DNA from: a virus
Direction: 5' to 3' (one strand)
DNA length: 64,000 bases
Virus record (IMG/VR): IMGVR_UViG_3300020469_000023
Location: 1 to 64,000 of that record
A program made the position numbers and the translations under genes. The notes beneath the pieces were generated by a model. It searched no databases. It was not told the origin of the DNA and saw only the letters and a program-made list of their open reading frames with translations. Shown piece by piece: positions 1 to 9,918 of the stretch (the first letter of the stretch is position 1; every line of letters starts with the position of its first letter).

Positions 1-579
1 GGCATAACCAGCGGGTTCACCAAATCCTGCATATGCTTCTGCGACAAACCAATCTGGTATATCACGTTTAGTCCACTTTGCAAACCCAATCTTTTCATTG
101 ACATAATACGTTTGATATGCTTTAATCGAGTCCCCAGGGACTTTACAATAATCTGGCATTGCTTGTGGAGGTTCTACGAACCCATTGTCCATTATATTTT
201 TAGGTGGAGTTGCTAGTAATTTACCTAACAATTTTTCTGTAGAATGAATCTTACCATATCGCCAAGTATACTCAACACATAGATTCATAAACAAATTATA
301 TAACCATCGATAATGTGCTTTACTTTCTCTAACCCAAATATTAGAAGGGTGATTAATATGACTTGCTTTGTACAACGTATTTTCTACGTTTGAATCTGCC
401 ATTTTAAATCTACGAATTCTGCGATTGTTTGCAGTTCTACCTTCATATTCTTCACCATCAAGAACACGATGAGCAGTTGATAATAACTGAGCATACTCAA
501 CTATCATTTTAACAACATGTTTATCGACATGTTGCTTTGCACATCTTTGTGTGTGGTGGTCTAAATAAAAAACATTCAT
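1..579 (-). CDS. Pyrimidine-dimer DNA glycosylase / endonuclease V-like protein (3' end runs off the window)
   Basis: Not in the ORF track; hand translation from ATG 579: MNVFYLDHHTQRCAKQHVDKHVVKMIVEYAQLLSTAHRVLDG...PPQAMPDYCK...AYQTYYVNEKIGFAKWTKRDIPDWF, typical DenV-family motifs; open to base 1. Confidence 0.85.
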   Translation of the reverse strand, partial: MNVFYLDHHTQRCAKQHVDKHVVKMIVEYAQLLSTAHRVLDGEEYEGRTANNRRIRRFKMADSNVENTLYKASHINHPSNIWVRESKAHYRWLYNLFMNLCVEYTWRYGKIHSTEKLLGKLLATPPKNIMDNGFVEPPQAMPDYCKVPGDSIKAYQTYYVNEKIGFAKWTKRDIPDWFVAEAYAGFGEPAGYA

Positions 580-809
580 GTATTATCACCTTCTGTATAT
601 GTAGTTCTTTGTTTATCGAACTGCCCTGCACCAGTGAGTGGTGGTTTATTACTGATAGAAACACCAGGTCTATCTTCTCTTTTTTCTGGTAAACTGTCAA
701 TATGCTTTTTTATTTTTCTTTTTTCAACTGCATCTTTATAGAATAAAAAACCAGCATAAATTCCGAAAGATATAAATGCAATAACAATTATATAATCAAT
801 GTACATCAT
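576..809 (-). CDS. Small single-TM membrane protein
   Basis: Start moved to MMYIDY, downstream of promoter 840-868; hydrophobic N-terminus; ATGA overlap with next gene. Confidence 0.65.
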   Translation of the reverse strand: MMYIDYIIVIAFISFGIYAGFLFYKDAVEKRKIKKHIDSLPEKREDRPGVSISNKPPLTGAGQFDKQRTTYTEGDNT

Positions 810-839
810 TATACTATCCCCATGTAACTTAAGATTAGT

Positions 840-868
840 ATTATATACAATGAAACAAAAATTGTCAA
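840..868 (-). promoter_or_regulatory. sigma70-type early promoter
   Basis: TTGACA-17 nt-TATAAT on - strand. Confidence 0.8.
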
Positions 869-870
869 GA

Positions 871-1056
871 CTACTTGTGTATAACCCATGGTTCACCTCT
901 CAATATTGCTTCTGCTTGATGTGGCCCATAGCGATAACAGTTTAACTGAATCACTTCACCACTCTCTCTTTCAATCAAATATCTTTTTGACAAGGGTTCT
1001 TTTTGTTCAACCCTTGATAAGATATCACCTTTGTATGTTTTTAAAACAAGTTTCAT
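871..1056 (-). CDS. Hypothetical protein
   Basis: ORF packed in a co-directional run; GAGG SD. Confidence 0.6.
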   Translation of the reverse strand: MKLVLKTYKGDILSRVEQKEPLSKRYLIERESGEVIQLNCYRYGPHQAEAILRGEPWVIHK

Positions 1057-1060
1057 ATTA

Positions 1061-1627
1061 TCACACCTCTATGTTTACTATTTTATCACCATATTTCTTT
1101 TCGACTTTTTGCCCTAAGACTTTAGAAATAACTTTGTACTTTGAAAAAGGTACACCTCTTTTATAACAGTAGTACCCTAAATCTACTTGACCAGTATTGC
1201 CATACATGACATCTGCATTTATAATGTTTTCTTCTAATGCTTTTTTCAAAGGAATATTAAAATACTCTGCATGGTCAACAATTTCTTTTCTAAGATTTAC
1301 CCATGCACGTCTTTCTTCTCTTCGTTCCATTTCTGCAACTTCTTTTGCTTCTTCTGAAACATCGTCAATCATTTCTTCAAGTTCGTTTACAGTATACTCT
1401 AAAAAGTTAAATCTAGGTCTAAACCCACGAGCATCTTTATGTATGTCTGAATACGTACCATAAAGTTCCCATTTGATAGCATCTTCAAGAGTATACACAC
1501 CAGCATCGTTGTAAAATTCTATTTCACAACTGACTGTTGACCAACCTTTTTCTTTATATTCTGCAGTTTTCTTTTCGCAATACTCTTCTAGAGTTTTACA
1601 ATCTGTCAAAATTACACCGTCTATCAT
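1061..1627 (-). CDS. Hypothetical phage protein
   Basis: 188 aa, contains YSDIHKDARGFRPR motif; overlaps upstream stop. Confidence 0.7.
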   Translation of the reverse strand: MIDGVILTDCKTLEEYCEKKTAEYKEKGWSTVSCEIEFYNDAGVYTLEDAIKWELYGTYSDIHKDARGFRPRFNFLEYTVNELEEMIDDVSEEAKEVAEMERREERRAWVNLRKEIVDHAEYFNIPLKKALEENIINADVMYGNTGQVDLGYYCYKRGVPFSKYKVISKVLGQKVEKKYGDKIVNIEV

Positions 1628-2034
1628 ATGATTTCAGGCCTCATAACATTACATGATGCACCTCTAACTGTTTTCAAAGTTTGTTCAGGTTCATAGTCAT
1701 AAAGATAAAATTCTTTCCAAGTCGCAAGTCTTTGTATCCAAATTAATCTAGTTAAATTGTTTTTAAATGAAAAAACAAAACGAGTTTCATCTTTACACTC
1801 AAAATAAAAATACTTGATAATATCTTCTTGCGGAGAAAAATCACTAAGATTACCATGACCTAAAGAGTCAAGGTGTTCGTTATGATATCTTAAGAACACT
1901 TTGAATATAAGAGCATCACTCATATATCTTTTTTGCATTGTATAAGGAAGTTTATTATAAAGTTTAAGAAAAAACTTTCTCTCTTTCTCACCTCTCAAAA
2001 GTTTTAATACTTGTGATAATTTTTTGTTTGTCAT
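1624..2034 (-). CDS. Hypothetical protein
   Basis: ORF with GAGG SD. Confidence 0.65.
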   Translation of the reverse strand: MTNKKLSQVLKLLRGEKERKFFLKLYNKLPYTMQKRYMSDALIFKVFLRYHNEHLDSLGHGNLSDFSPQEDIIKYFYFECKDETRFVFSFKNNLTRLIWIQRLATWKEFYLYDYEPEQTLKTVRGASCNVMRPEII

Positions 2035-2036
2035 TT

Positions 2037-2234
2037 TTACCTCTCTGTTAATTCGTCAATTCTTTTTTGAACTACTAAATCAATTAAATCATCATAAACA
2101 AACTTCTCTTCATATGCTTCTTGATAAGTCATTTGCAGTTCATCTAATAAATTTTCAAATGAATAATTTGCACTCTCTATTAAAAAATGCATTTCGATTT
2201 GTTCGTGAATTTTTTCGTTATGTTGACTTGACAT
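2037..2234 (-). CDS. Small acidic hypothetical early protein
   Basis: First gene after promoter 2258-2286; GAGGT SD. Confidence 0.65.
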   Translation of the reverse strand: MSSQHNEKIHEQIEMHFLIESANYSFENLLDELQMTYQEAYEEKFVYDDLIDLVVQKRIDELTER

Positions 2235-2257
2235 TTATACCTCTAATTTATGTTGTT

Positions 2258-2286
2258 ATTATAACAAGACTAACAACATTTGTCAA
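2258..2286 (-). promoter_or_regulatory. sigma70-type early promoter, part of a repeated cassette
   Basis: TTGACA-17-TATAAT; 25-bp identity with 27701-27725 and 51587-51611. Confidence 0.85.
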
Positions 2287-2289
2287 CCA

Positions 2290-2646
2290 TTATCTTCGCA
2301 TTTTTGCAATATCTTTTGCAAGTTGTTTGTTATCTTCAAAGATAGGTACTGCATTAGACTTATGCATAGTTGCAATACCCATGAGTTTTCTTTCACCAGA
2401 ATAGACTTTCTTATCTTGTTTAGTATTGTCACATACAGACTTTCTGAGTCTATCAAAGAAGTCCTGCTTTGCAAGTTCTCGTTCTTCTTGTTTTCGTTTG
2501 ATTTCTTTTGTTACTTCTAAAGAGACTTGTTTCTGCTTTGCGAGTATTTTATTGGGTTTTTTTACTGGATTTGCTAGATGATTCTTACGTTTTTTACCCT
2601 TCATGTCATACCGTAGGGAACCACCTCGATTAAATATTTGAGTCAT
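2290..2646 (-). CDS. Conserved T4-like phage hypothetical protein (basic)
   Basis: KVYSGERKLMGIATMHKSNAVPIF motif common in T4-like phages. Confidence 0.75.
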   Translation of the reverse strand: MTQIFNRGGSLRYDMKGKKRKNHLANPVKKPNKILAKQKQVSLEVTKEIKRKQEERELAKQDFFDRLRKSVCDNTKQDKKVYSGERKLMGIATMHKSNAVPIFEDNKQLAKDIAKMRR

Positions 2647-2654
2647 TGTTTACA

Positions 2655-2683
2655 ATTATACGTGGTCATACAGATAATGTCAA
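2655..2683 (-). promoter_or_regulatory. sigma70-type early promoter
   Basis: TTGACA-17-TATAAT, 8 nt before ATG 2646. Confidence 0.8.
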
Positions 2684-2684
2684 G

Positions 2685-2692
2685 TATAAATA
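2685..2692 (+). promoter_or_regulatory. T4-type late promoter
   Basis: TATAAATA followed by AAGGAG SD and ATG 2713. Confidence 0.75.
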
Positions 2693-2712
2693 CTACATTA
2701 AAGGAGAGAAAC

Positions 2713-2841
2713 ATGGACATAGATTTTGGTGCATTAGAACAACTATTAACTAATACTGGTTGGGGTGAAGGCATAATTTATGTGATAGGTGGATTATTTG
2801 TATATACAGTAATCCGATATATAAATAAATGGACAAGGTAA
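2713..2841 (+). CDS. Small membrane protein
   Basis: MDIDFG start after AAGGAG; one TM helix. Confidence 0.6.
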   Translation: MDIDFGALEQLLTNTGWGEGIIYVIGGLFVYTVIRYINKWTR

Positions 2842-2845
2842 TATT

Positions 2846-3109
2846 ATGGCAGAAGAAATATTTGATTTTGGATTTACATTAGTAGACGAAGACGAACTAG
2901 ATACAGTACAAGAGATTGAACAAAAAGTATCTGAAACATCATCAACTATAGAGGCAACTCAAGATAAACTTGATAAACTATTTAGTGCAATACAACCACT
3001 ACTAAACAATTTAAAAGCGAACCCTGAAAAAGAATTAATTAAATGGCCTAATCGTTTAGAAAAGATTGAGGCATTTGAAGACTTAATACAAGGAATATAT
3101 AAAGGTTGA
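2846..3109 (+). CDS. Conserved phage hypothetical protein
   Basis: FDFGFT...LKANPEKELIKWPNR motif seen in marine T4-like phages. Confidence 0.7.
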   Translation: MAEEIFDFGFTLVDEDELDTVQEIEQKVSETSSTIEATQDKLDKLFSAIQPLLNNLKANPEKELIKWPNRLEKIEAFEDLIQGIYKG

Positions 3110-3110
3110 T

Positions 3111-4205
3111 ATGAAAACAGCGGTGTTAAGTAATTTTGATGGAGACGAATTTAGTTATCAATATCTTAATTTAGATACTATGAATAGTGATACAAATGAG
3201 TTACATGAAAAATTAGAATATTATTGTAATACGAATGCATCTTGGTTAGACCCAAATGCTATACCAAATAATATAATTGCTAGAGTTATGTATCGAGGTA
3301 GTCATATTCCACATCAAATGTTATTATCTCTAGCAAATACTATTGGTGGAAACAATATGTTAATTATACCTAATTGGAATGACAGGAAACATAACCATTT
3401 ATATAATAGAGACCATACAACAATACCTTATTTAAATACAACATCAGATGTATTTTGTCCAACACATACTTTAGTTCAACATTTTGCTCCTGTCTGGCAA
3501 AAGTTATTAACTTGTCCTTTAAATTTATATGTAGCAATGCCGCCTGGTAACAGTCTGTTTCATTATTTGTATGGACAATATGGTGTAAAAATGGTTAGTG
3601 CATCAAAACAATATACTCTTGGTGAAAATGTTTTTTCTGGTTATACTATTGATGTTCCTTCAAATATTAAATTTGATGCGGTTATGTTACTCAACCATGA
3701 TAGACCAGATGAAGGTTTAACTTATAAAGCATCTGATATTAAAAAAGACTTTGCACAATATTGTAAACCAAACTTTGTACTTCAAGATTTATATTCTCCT
3801 CCTGGGCCATTACCTATGCTTGTGGAACAAGGTCTACTGACTTATCGAGGTATTACTAGTGACATACCAGAAAGTTTAGAAGGAAAAAATAACTATGAAA
3901 AAGTAAGTCAATCTATGTTAGTAGGTAGAAGTGGTGATGGTTTAGTGCCTTCTAGCACTATGAATGAAGGAAGATTAACAGGAGATTCAGGTTCAGATTT
4001 AGAAGGAAATTTAACTGCAGAAAGATTTAGAGGTGGTGCAGTAACTCCAGTTTTTTGGAGTACGGTTGATTCAAATGGTGAGAAAGTAAGTGTTCATGAT
4101 TTAGTTGAAAAAGTAGGTTTAGAAGAGACATTTAAAATGCAACATAAGAATTTATCAGACATGGTAAATAAAAATAATTTCTCAGATATGATTAAAATCT
4201 GGTAG
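3111..4205 (+). CDS. Hypothetical protein
   Basis: 364-aa ORF, no recognisable motif. Confidence 0.7.
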   Translation: MKTAVLSNFDGDEFSYQYLNLDTMNSDTNELHEKLEYYCNTNASWLDPNAIPNNIIARVMYRGSHIPHQMLLSLANTIGGNNMLIIPNWNDRKHNHLYNRDHTTIPYLNTTSDVFCPTHTLVQHFAPVWQKLLTCPLNLYVAMPPGNSLFHYLYGQYGVKMVSASKQYTLGENVFSGYTIDVPSNIKFDAVMLLNHDRPDEGLTYKASDIKKDFAQYCKPNFVLQDLYSPPGPLPMLVEQGLLTYRGITSDIPESLEGKNNYEKVSQSMLVGRSGDGLVPSSTMNEGRLTGDSGSDLEGNLTAERFRGGAVTPVFWSTVDSNGEKVSVHDLVEKVGLEETFKMQHKNLSDMVNKNNFSDMIKIW

Positions 4206-4298
4206 AAAATACAGTTTGTATATATAGTAATGTCAATGATTTTTTACGTCTAAGAAATCATTATTTTTATAACGTAAAGTAATAAGAGGAAAGTCACT

Positions 4299-4466
4299 AT
4301 GACTACTGCACAACTAAGGTTTGGTGCGAAGATTGTAGTGCAAAAAATTGAAAACCTAAAAGATAATGACACCGTGTGCCATGTCTGTGAAGTCTGTAAA
4401 TTCGTAGCATTCTTAATCGGACCAATTACAATACCATTTGTGATAATGCATCTTTCGATGTACTAG
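4299..4466 (+). CDS. Small Cys-containing membrane protein (55 aa)
   Basis: Hand translation MTTAQLRFGAKIVVQKIENLKDNDTVCHVCEVCKFVAFLIGPITIPFVIMHLSMY; GAGGA SD; below ORF-track cutoff. Confidence 0.7.
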   Translation: MTTAQLRFGAKIVVQKIENLKDNDTVCHVCEVCKFVAFLIGPITIPFVIMHLSMY

Positions 4467-4485
4467 AACTATGGACAAGAAGGAA

Positions 4486-5118
4486 TCAACCTTGCTTTGA
4501 TTCCTTACTTGTTGTCACAACAATTTCTACATTATCTGATTGTATCGGAATCTTTATATTATTGTGAGTATGATACAAGAAGAAAGTAGTATCTGGAAAT
4601 TCTTTGAACATTTCCGTCCAGATTGGACGCCAGTTTTGAGCAAGTCTAACTGTATTCTCTGTACTTCTATCAGATTCTAATATTGTATCTGTCCAAGAAG
4701 TTAAATCCATTTCAAAGATAGAATCAAATCCATAAATGTGAACTTCATCTGCATTCATTTGATTACATGCATAGTGAACAGCAAAGTGTCCACAATTAAA
4801 GTTTGTGGCATTACCAGCATACTTGGGAACATGTGGGTAAAAACCTCTTACTTTATGAGAGTATTTTAAATAGAAACTACCCTGCATCTCCATCCAATGT
4901 CTTGGTCTAGTACCTAGAATCCAGTCGTATTGGTCAAGAGCAAACTTACCTTCTTGAAGTGCTTTCATCATTTTGTAATCTACCATACATGTTGCATAAA
5001 CTTCATTTGGTGGTATTTCCATGGGTGGCATATTACAGATAAGTAAAGTCCCAGGCGAACCTCTACGATAGAGACCCGCATGATTACCATTCCCTAGAAC
5101 ATTAATTCTTTTTGTCAT
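4486..5118 (-). CDS. Putative glycosyltransferase (MAF/sialyltransferase-like fold)
   Basis: VLGNG N-terminus, CN motif, EVHIYGFD motif. Confidence 0.55.
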   Translation of the reverse strand: MTKRINVLGNGNHAGLYRRGSPGTLLICNMPPMEIPPNEVYATCMVDYKMMKALQEGKFALDQYDWILGTRPRHWMEMQGSFYLKYSHKVRGFYPHVPKYAGNATNFNCGHFAVHYACNQMNADEVHIYGFDSIFEMDLTSWTDTILESDRSTENTVRLAQNWRPIWTEMFKEFPDTTFFLYHTHNNIKIPIQSDNVEIVVTTSKESKQG

Positions 5119-5537
5119 TCATCATGTCCAAATAAAGTTTGGTGGTCAATGAGTTCTCTATTTTGTAAATGTTGTTCTGCAATATCTTCTTTGGATTGTC
5201 CAAAGTATGCAACTGCAAGATGAGTTTCAACCATAACTTGATTGATGTTCACACCATCACATATAATTTCACCAAGTATTCTACCATACTTACCTTTTGC
5301 ATCTTTATATGTTCTTAGTGATACTACTTCTGCATCTTTAATTGCATCTTCTAAGAAGTTTCCTGCCATTTTACCATACTTCTTTTCTTCTAAATCTCTT
5401 GTTCTGGATTCTGGTGTATCAATACCATATAATCTAATTCTCTGCTTCTTTAACCAAGTAGAGAAACCTAAATCTATATCTACATCAACAGTATCGCCAT
5501 CAACAACTCTTAAAACGTCTATTTTATATTCGTGCAT
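5115..5537 (-). CDS. Thermonuclease (SNase) family nuclease
   Basis: RVVDGDTVD, RIRLYGIDTPE, GKYGRILG. Confidence 0.92.
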   Translation of the reverse strand: MHEYKIDVLRVVDGDTVDVDIDLGFSTWLKKQRIRLYGIDTPESRTRDLEEKKYGKMAGNFLEDAIKDAEVVSLRTYKDAKGKYGRILGEIICDGVNINQVMVETHLAVAYFGQSKEDIAEQHLQNRELIDHQTLFGHDE

Positions 5538-6171
5538 TTATTTGCTCCTTTATCACATCGTCTCCTTTCTTTCCTGTATGATGTATTATTTTTGGGTTTT
5601 TTACATCTATCTTATCTATGTAGTCTAGGCGTAACGTATTGTATTCATGTGGTAAAGGATTGATTGCACCAAGTTTTCTGATTGCATTACCTTCCATCAT
5701 TAAATATAAAACTTCTTGGTCACCTTGCTGTGGGTTATGAATACATTGTTTTTCCCAATCTCGAAGTACTAATGGTATACCTTGAATTAAAATAACACCA
5801 CTATTATACCATTCACCCATTTCTGGTCTTCTTTTACTCCATGGTCTATCTTCAATCATACCAAGTTTATCTGGTTCAGCATAATTAAATATACTTGAGA
5901 TATCTTCTAGTACTTGACAATCTGTGTCTAACCAACAAACTTTACTATGACCTAGTTCAGCAACTTTAATAAGACTAGAAGGTTTTTTAAACCAACCTTT
6001 TGCTTTATTTTTTGACATATCAATACAAGTATAATCACCATCAGGGTAATTCATCATACCAAAGTCAGCAATAACTAATTGCGTATCGTTGTATTTTTTA
6101 AAGTTTTCGATAAACCAAGGTAATTGCCATTCTGTTTTGTGGTCACACCCTGTTACAAAAACATTAGACAT
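5524..6171 (-). CDS. Glycosyltransferase (GT-A, GT8-like)
   Basis: WLDTDC DxD motif, YNSGV, GDQEVL, IIHHTG; start moved to MSNVF. Confidence 0.8.
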   Translation of the reverse strand: MSNVFVTGCDHKTEWQLPWFIENFKKYNDTQLVIADFGMMNYPDGDYTCIDMSKNKAKGWFKKPSSLIKVAELGHSKVCWLDTDCQVLEDISSIFNYAEPDKLGMIEDRPWSKRRPEMGEWYNSGVILIQGIPLVLRDWEKQCIHNPQQGDQEVLYLMMEGNAIRKLGAINPLPHEYNTLRLDYIDKIDVKNPKIIHHTGKKGDDVIKEQINARI

Positions 6172-6823
6172 CTGAGACTTCGTAGTTTTCGTTGTAGTTA
6201 TGTTTTGCAAGACAACCATTTACATTTTGAATAGTTGTAAAGTTATCTCTTGCTTCTACTGGCCATGGATAATATTCTTGAAGAAACTTAAATCTATCTA
6301 GATGTAAAAACGTGTCAGTTGGTCCAGCATCTATCTTTGCTTGGTCAATTAGTATTTTTGCACCTGCTGGTTTAATGCCATATGCATGTGCGCCAGGAAA
6401 ATATCTTTTACTTGTCAATGGATTTAGTCCTAATATTCCTGGTGTATTAAAGTTGCCATAACTAGGTTTACCAAAACTACAGACAAAAGTATAAGGCACA
6501 TTTGGTATAGGTGCAGTTAATACTGCATCGTGTTCAAAGATAAGTATCTCTTCATTTAACTCTACACATTTTTTCCATAAAGAATAATGTGAACAAAATG
6601 CAGATATACAATTTAAATTACGAGAGTATTGTTCTTCAAAACCTGCTTCGGGTATGCCTTCTTGTTCTAAAAACGTTAGTGGTTCGTCTCTCGGTGTGAT
6701 TGCTTCGAATCTTTTTATGTCTAAGTCATACTTATAACCAGATTCCATGCATCTCCAAGAAGTCTCTAGACTACCTTGATGGTGCATTATAGTAATAACA
6801 AATGCTTTCATATTATATCTCAT
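6164..6823 (-). CDS. Glycosyltransferase family 25-like
   Basis: FCSHYSLW, ILIFEHDA, GAHAY. Confidence 0.8.
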   Translation of the reverse strand: MRYNMKAFVITIMHHQGSLETSWRCMESGYKYDLDIKRFEAITPRDEPLTFLEQEGIPEAGFEEQYSRNLNCISAFCSHYSLWKKCVELNEEILIFEHDAVLTAPIPNVPYTFVCSFGKPSYGNFNTPGILGLNPLTSKRYFPGAHAYGIKPAGAKILIDQAKIDAGPTDTFLHLDRFKFLQEYYPWPVEARDNFTTIQNVNGCLAKHNYNENYEVSDV

Positions 6824-7548
6824 TGAGTTGTAGTACTCTTAAGTCCTTGTTGTATAGTAGTGTAGTAAGGATAAACGACTTGTAAAGATGGAAACAATTG
6901 CTTACACATCAATGCATCATTTGGCCACATACCAACTTCTTTTGTTTTAAGTAATAATTCTTCTGCAGTTTTTGGTGTCATAATATATGCAGAATTGCCT
7001 GCAAGTCCTTGAGGATAATCTTTTGATTCATCAACATAAGGTACATCTTGCACACCTTGTTGTTTTGATATCAAGTCGTGATACACTTGAGATTTACGAG
7101 TCATACCTCTAGGGTCATTTAGACCAACAACTTCACCTTTCCATTTATGACTTTTATTAATGTCTTCTTCAATAAACTGTCGAGTAAAAAGTGCATCGTG
7201 TTCTAGTATAATAATCTTATCTCCTGAGTTAATACACTCTTGCCATAATCTCATATGCGATATCATACATGCAATTCTATTCTTTATATCACCAGTCTCA
7301 TATGCACGAAGTCTGAGTCCAGTTGCTATGTCATACTTCTCACCGACTTGTGGATAACTATATTGTAAGAATTCTGCATCTATAGTCGTTATCTTTCTTA
7401 AATCTTCTTTAACAGTATCTGGTGTAGTCGCAGGAAAGATTAATGGGTCTATTTCAGACTTAGTTTCTTTGATAGAACCAATTACTTGTCTACTTGCTAA
7501 TGTAGATTCATGATTGTTTATCATTGTTATAATATAACCCTTTATCAT
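6820..7548 (-). CDS. Glycosyltransferase family 25-like
   Basis: ACMISHMRLW, ILEHDA, NSAYIMTP; start moved to MIKG (ATGA overlap). Confidence 0.8.
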   Translation of the reverse strand: MIKGYIITMINNHESTLASRQVIGSIKETKSEIDPLIFPATTPDTVKEDLRKITTIDAEFLQYSYPQVGEKYDIATGLRLRAYETGDIKNRIACMISHMRLWQECINSGDKIIILEHDALFTRQFIEEDINKSHKWKGEVVGLNDPRGMTRKSQVYHDLISKQQGVQDVPYVDESKDYPQGLAGNSAYIMTPKTAEELLLKTKEVGMWPNDALMCKQLFPSLQVVYPYYTTIQQGLKSTTTQ

Positions 7549-8072
7549 TGCTTTTGTCCTACAAATATGTGGTCTCTCCATTTACCTGACCTCTGGTCAC
7601 CTGAATGAAAAAGGTCTATATAATCATTTATAATTTTAATATCGTATTTGCTTTCTTCTGTTATACCTTCAAATGCATCGTCCATAAATCTAAAGTAATC
7701 TTTTTTATCATGTCTGGGGCCTGCACTTGGGACTATGATAACAATAATACCATTGGGTTTTAACACACGACATAGTTCTTCAAATATTTTAAATGGGTTT
7801 GCAATATGTTCTAATGTTTGTCCTGAGACCACAATGTCAAATGCTTCATCAATTGCGGGTATAGTATATTTTTCTTTCATAAAATGTGTCACACTCGGTG
7901 CATCTACAATATCTGCAATCCAGTAATGTTTAGTCCAATCTTTCCAAAGTAATTCATAACTTCTTTCAAGTTTACCACCACCCCCTAAATCTAAGATTTC
8001 ATTTTCTTTTTCTAAATATGGTGTAAGTTCTTGTATGACCTTTTCCATATTGTCTAGTGAACTTTGATGCAT
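7545..8072 (-). CDS. Class I SAM-dependent methyltransferase
   Basis: ILDLGGG, FDIVVSGQTLEH, RVLKPNG. Confidence 0.88.
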   Translation of the reverse strand: MHQSSLDNMEKVIQELTPYLEKENEILDLGGGGKLERSYELLWKDWTKHYWIADIVDAPSVTHFMKEKYTIPAIDEAFDIVVSGQTLEHIANPFKIFEELCRVLKPNGIIVIIVPSAGPRHDKKDYFRFMDDAFEGITEESKYDIKIINDYIDLFHSGDQRSGKWRDHIFVGQKQ

Positions 8073-8639
8073 TTAGTTTACTACTCCCGCAATACAATAT
8101 CTATAACCTTTTAACTGCACTGGTTTTGTTTCATGCATAACATGACCTCTAAACAAAAGTAGTCTACCATGTTTTATAGGTATTTCTACTTCTGCATCGG
8201 TAATCCATAATCCTTGTGCATTTTCTGGTGGGTCGATATAATAGGTAAATGCCCATCTTGCAGGCCAATGATTATGTGGTATAGTAATTTCTTCTTTTTC
8301 ATATCTGGTGCCCCATATTGCCACGACTCTAGAATTTTTAATAAATGTATTATAATTAGACATTTGACTTCTTCTATAATGATTAGGAGATTGATACATA
8401 TTTTCTTTTTCTGCACACTCAATTGCAAACTTAGAAATTATTTCACATAATGTTTTAATTTCAGGATATTCTAGTTCTTTACCAAGAAATGTTCCAGTGG
8501 TTAATGCTTTAACATTAGATAAAAAATGATTTTCATCTCCAGTTGAATCTATACGTGCAACTAATCTTGTATTCATATCTTCATTATCAATGTCTAAAGT
8601 ATAGATACGTTCTGTTAGTTTGGTTTCAACTGTATGCAT
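8073..8639 (-). CDS. Putative 2OG-Fe(II) oxygenase
   Basis: PHNH, FTYY, LLLF..HET, RYCIAG. Confidence 0.75.
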   Translation of the reverse strand: MHTVETKLTERIYTLDIDNEDMNTRLVARIDSTGDENHFLSNVKALTTGTFLGKELEYPEIKTLCEIISKFAIECAEKENMYQSPNHYRRSQMSNYNTFIKNSRVVAIWGTRYEKEEITIPHNHWPARWAFTYYIDPPENAQGLWITDAEVEIPIKHGRLLLFRGHVMHETKPVQLKGYRYCIAGVVN

Positions 8640-9319
8640 TTATCTCTACTACTTTTTTTAATTTTATTCCAAGTATTTGCAGTTGCAGTACCTGTAATTT
8701 GTAATGCAGGTCTTTTTTTCCATGAACCATTCCATGTTGCATGTGGTAAAGTTGACCACTCCCAAGTGACAACTTCTCCTGCTTTCCATTGTGTATGTAT
8801 ATGATTACCAAATTGAAATATCTGCCCTGGTTCCCAATCTGCAAGAAAGACTAGAAATCTTACTTTGTCTTTAGCATATTGAAATTCTTTACTTTCGATT
8901 CGTTCTTTTCTTGGTTCACCTGGTAGATTGTCTATATGAAACATTAACTGTTGATTTGGTTTTTGGTCATGAAACTTCCATGTTTGATTTTTAGTTTTGT
9001 CTAATTCAAACCACTCTGCAATTCTTCTAAAGTTAATAAATCTATTATCATCATTATATCTGTATGCATCAAACATTTCTGCATCAGGTTGACCAGCATA
9101 ATTATCTGCATCTTCAATTGCATGATAAACATCATTTACTACAGATGCTTTATTGTTTGCATAATTATATGGTTGTTCATTAAATAATTTTGTTTTCATT
9201 TGTGTTGTTCTTGCAATTGTAATCTCTTGAGTAAAGTCAATATCGAATCGACCAACTATTTTAAAGTAGTCTCCTTCTTTATCTTTCTTCCATTTGTCAA
9301 AATGATAATCTTCAAACAT
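8615..9319 (-). CDS. Putative 2OG-Fe(II) oxygenase / cupin-fold hydroxylase
   Basis: HID, DWEPGQ, WKAG, PHATWN, R..LQITG. Confidence 0.7.
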   Translation of the reverse strand: MFEDYHFDKWKKDKEGDYFKIVGRFDIDFTQEITIARTTQMKTKLFNEQPYNYANNKASVVNDVYHAIEDADNYAGQPDAEMFDAYRYNDDNRFINFRRIAEWFELDKTKNQTWKFHDQKPNQQLMFHIDNLPGEPRKERIESKEFQYAKDKVRFLVFLADWEPGQIFQFGNHIHTQWKAGEVVTWEWSTLPHATWNGSWKKRPALQITGTATANTWNKIKKSSRDKCIQLKPN

Positions 9320-9918
9320 TACACTCTTATAATAAACTGAGTTTTACCTCGTCTTTCTTTAAATAACATGTTTGTTTTTATGAAAGTATCAACTGCATCG
9401 GTGACACCTCTTTTACCATACTTTGCTTTTGGCCAGTAATAATCATCACCCATAATCATACCACCAGGTTTGACAACTTTCAAAGAGTTTTCTAAATCTT
9501 TTAAACAACCTTCATAACCATGGTCACCGTCTACATATATCCAATCTAATTTTTCTGGTTTAGAATCAAACCATTCATCTGAGGTCATACGATGAATTCT
9601 CACTCTTGGGTCCATTCCACACGTTGCACGTACTTCTGAATAGATTGCATCGTAATATTCTTGAAAATCTACATCTTTCTTTTTTATGTTAAGTATGTTA
9701 GAATATTTTGTTAAATACTCGTCATAACTTTTATACTCTTTAGATTTTTTATAGGGTTCTACTGACCATGGGTCAATCATATGTAGTTCAGAAATATTTA
9801 ATCGTAAGAATTGCAATGAGGTGTTTCCTACCCAAATACCTATTTCAGCGCCTTTTGAATTAGGTGGTATATCTTTCAATATACTTTTAGAATCTTTATT
9901 TACTCTAGATGCCATCAT
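9319..9918 (-). CDS. SAM-dependent methyltransferase (Methyltransf_24-like)
   Basis: AEIGIWVG, YVDGDHGYE, KPGGMIMGDDY. Confidence 0.88.
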   Translation of the reverse strand: MMASRVNKDSKSILKDIPPNSKGAEIGIWVGNTSLQFLRLNISELHMIDPWSVEPYKKSKEYKSYDEYLTKYSNILNIKKKDVDFQEYYDAIYSEVRATCGMDPRVRIHRMTSDEWFDSKPEKLDWIYVDGDHGYEGCLKDLENSLKVVKPGGMIMGDDYYWPKAKYGKRGVTDAVDTFIKTNMLFKERRGKTQFIIRV

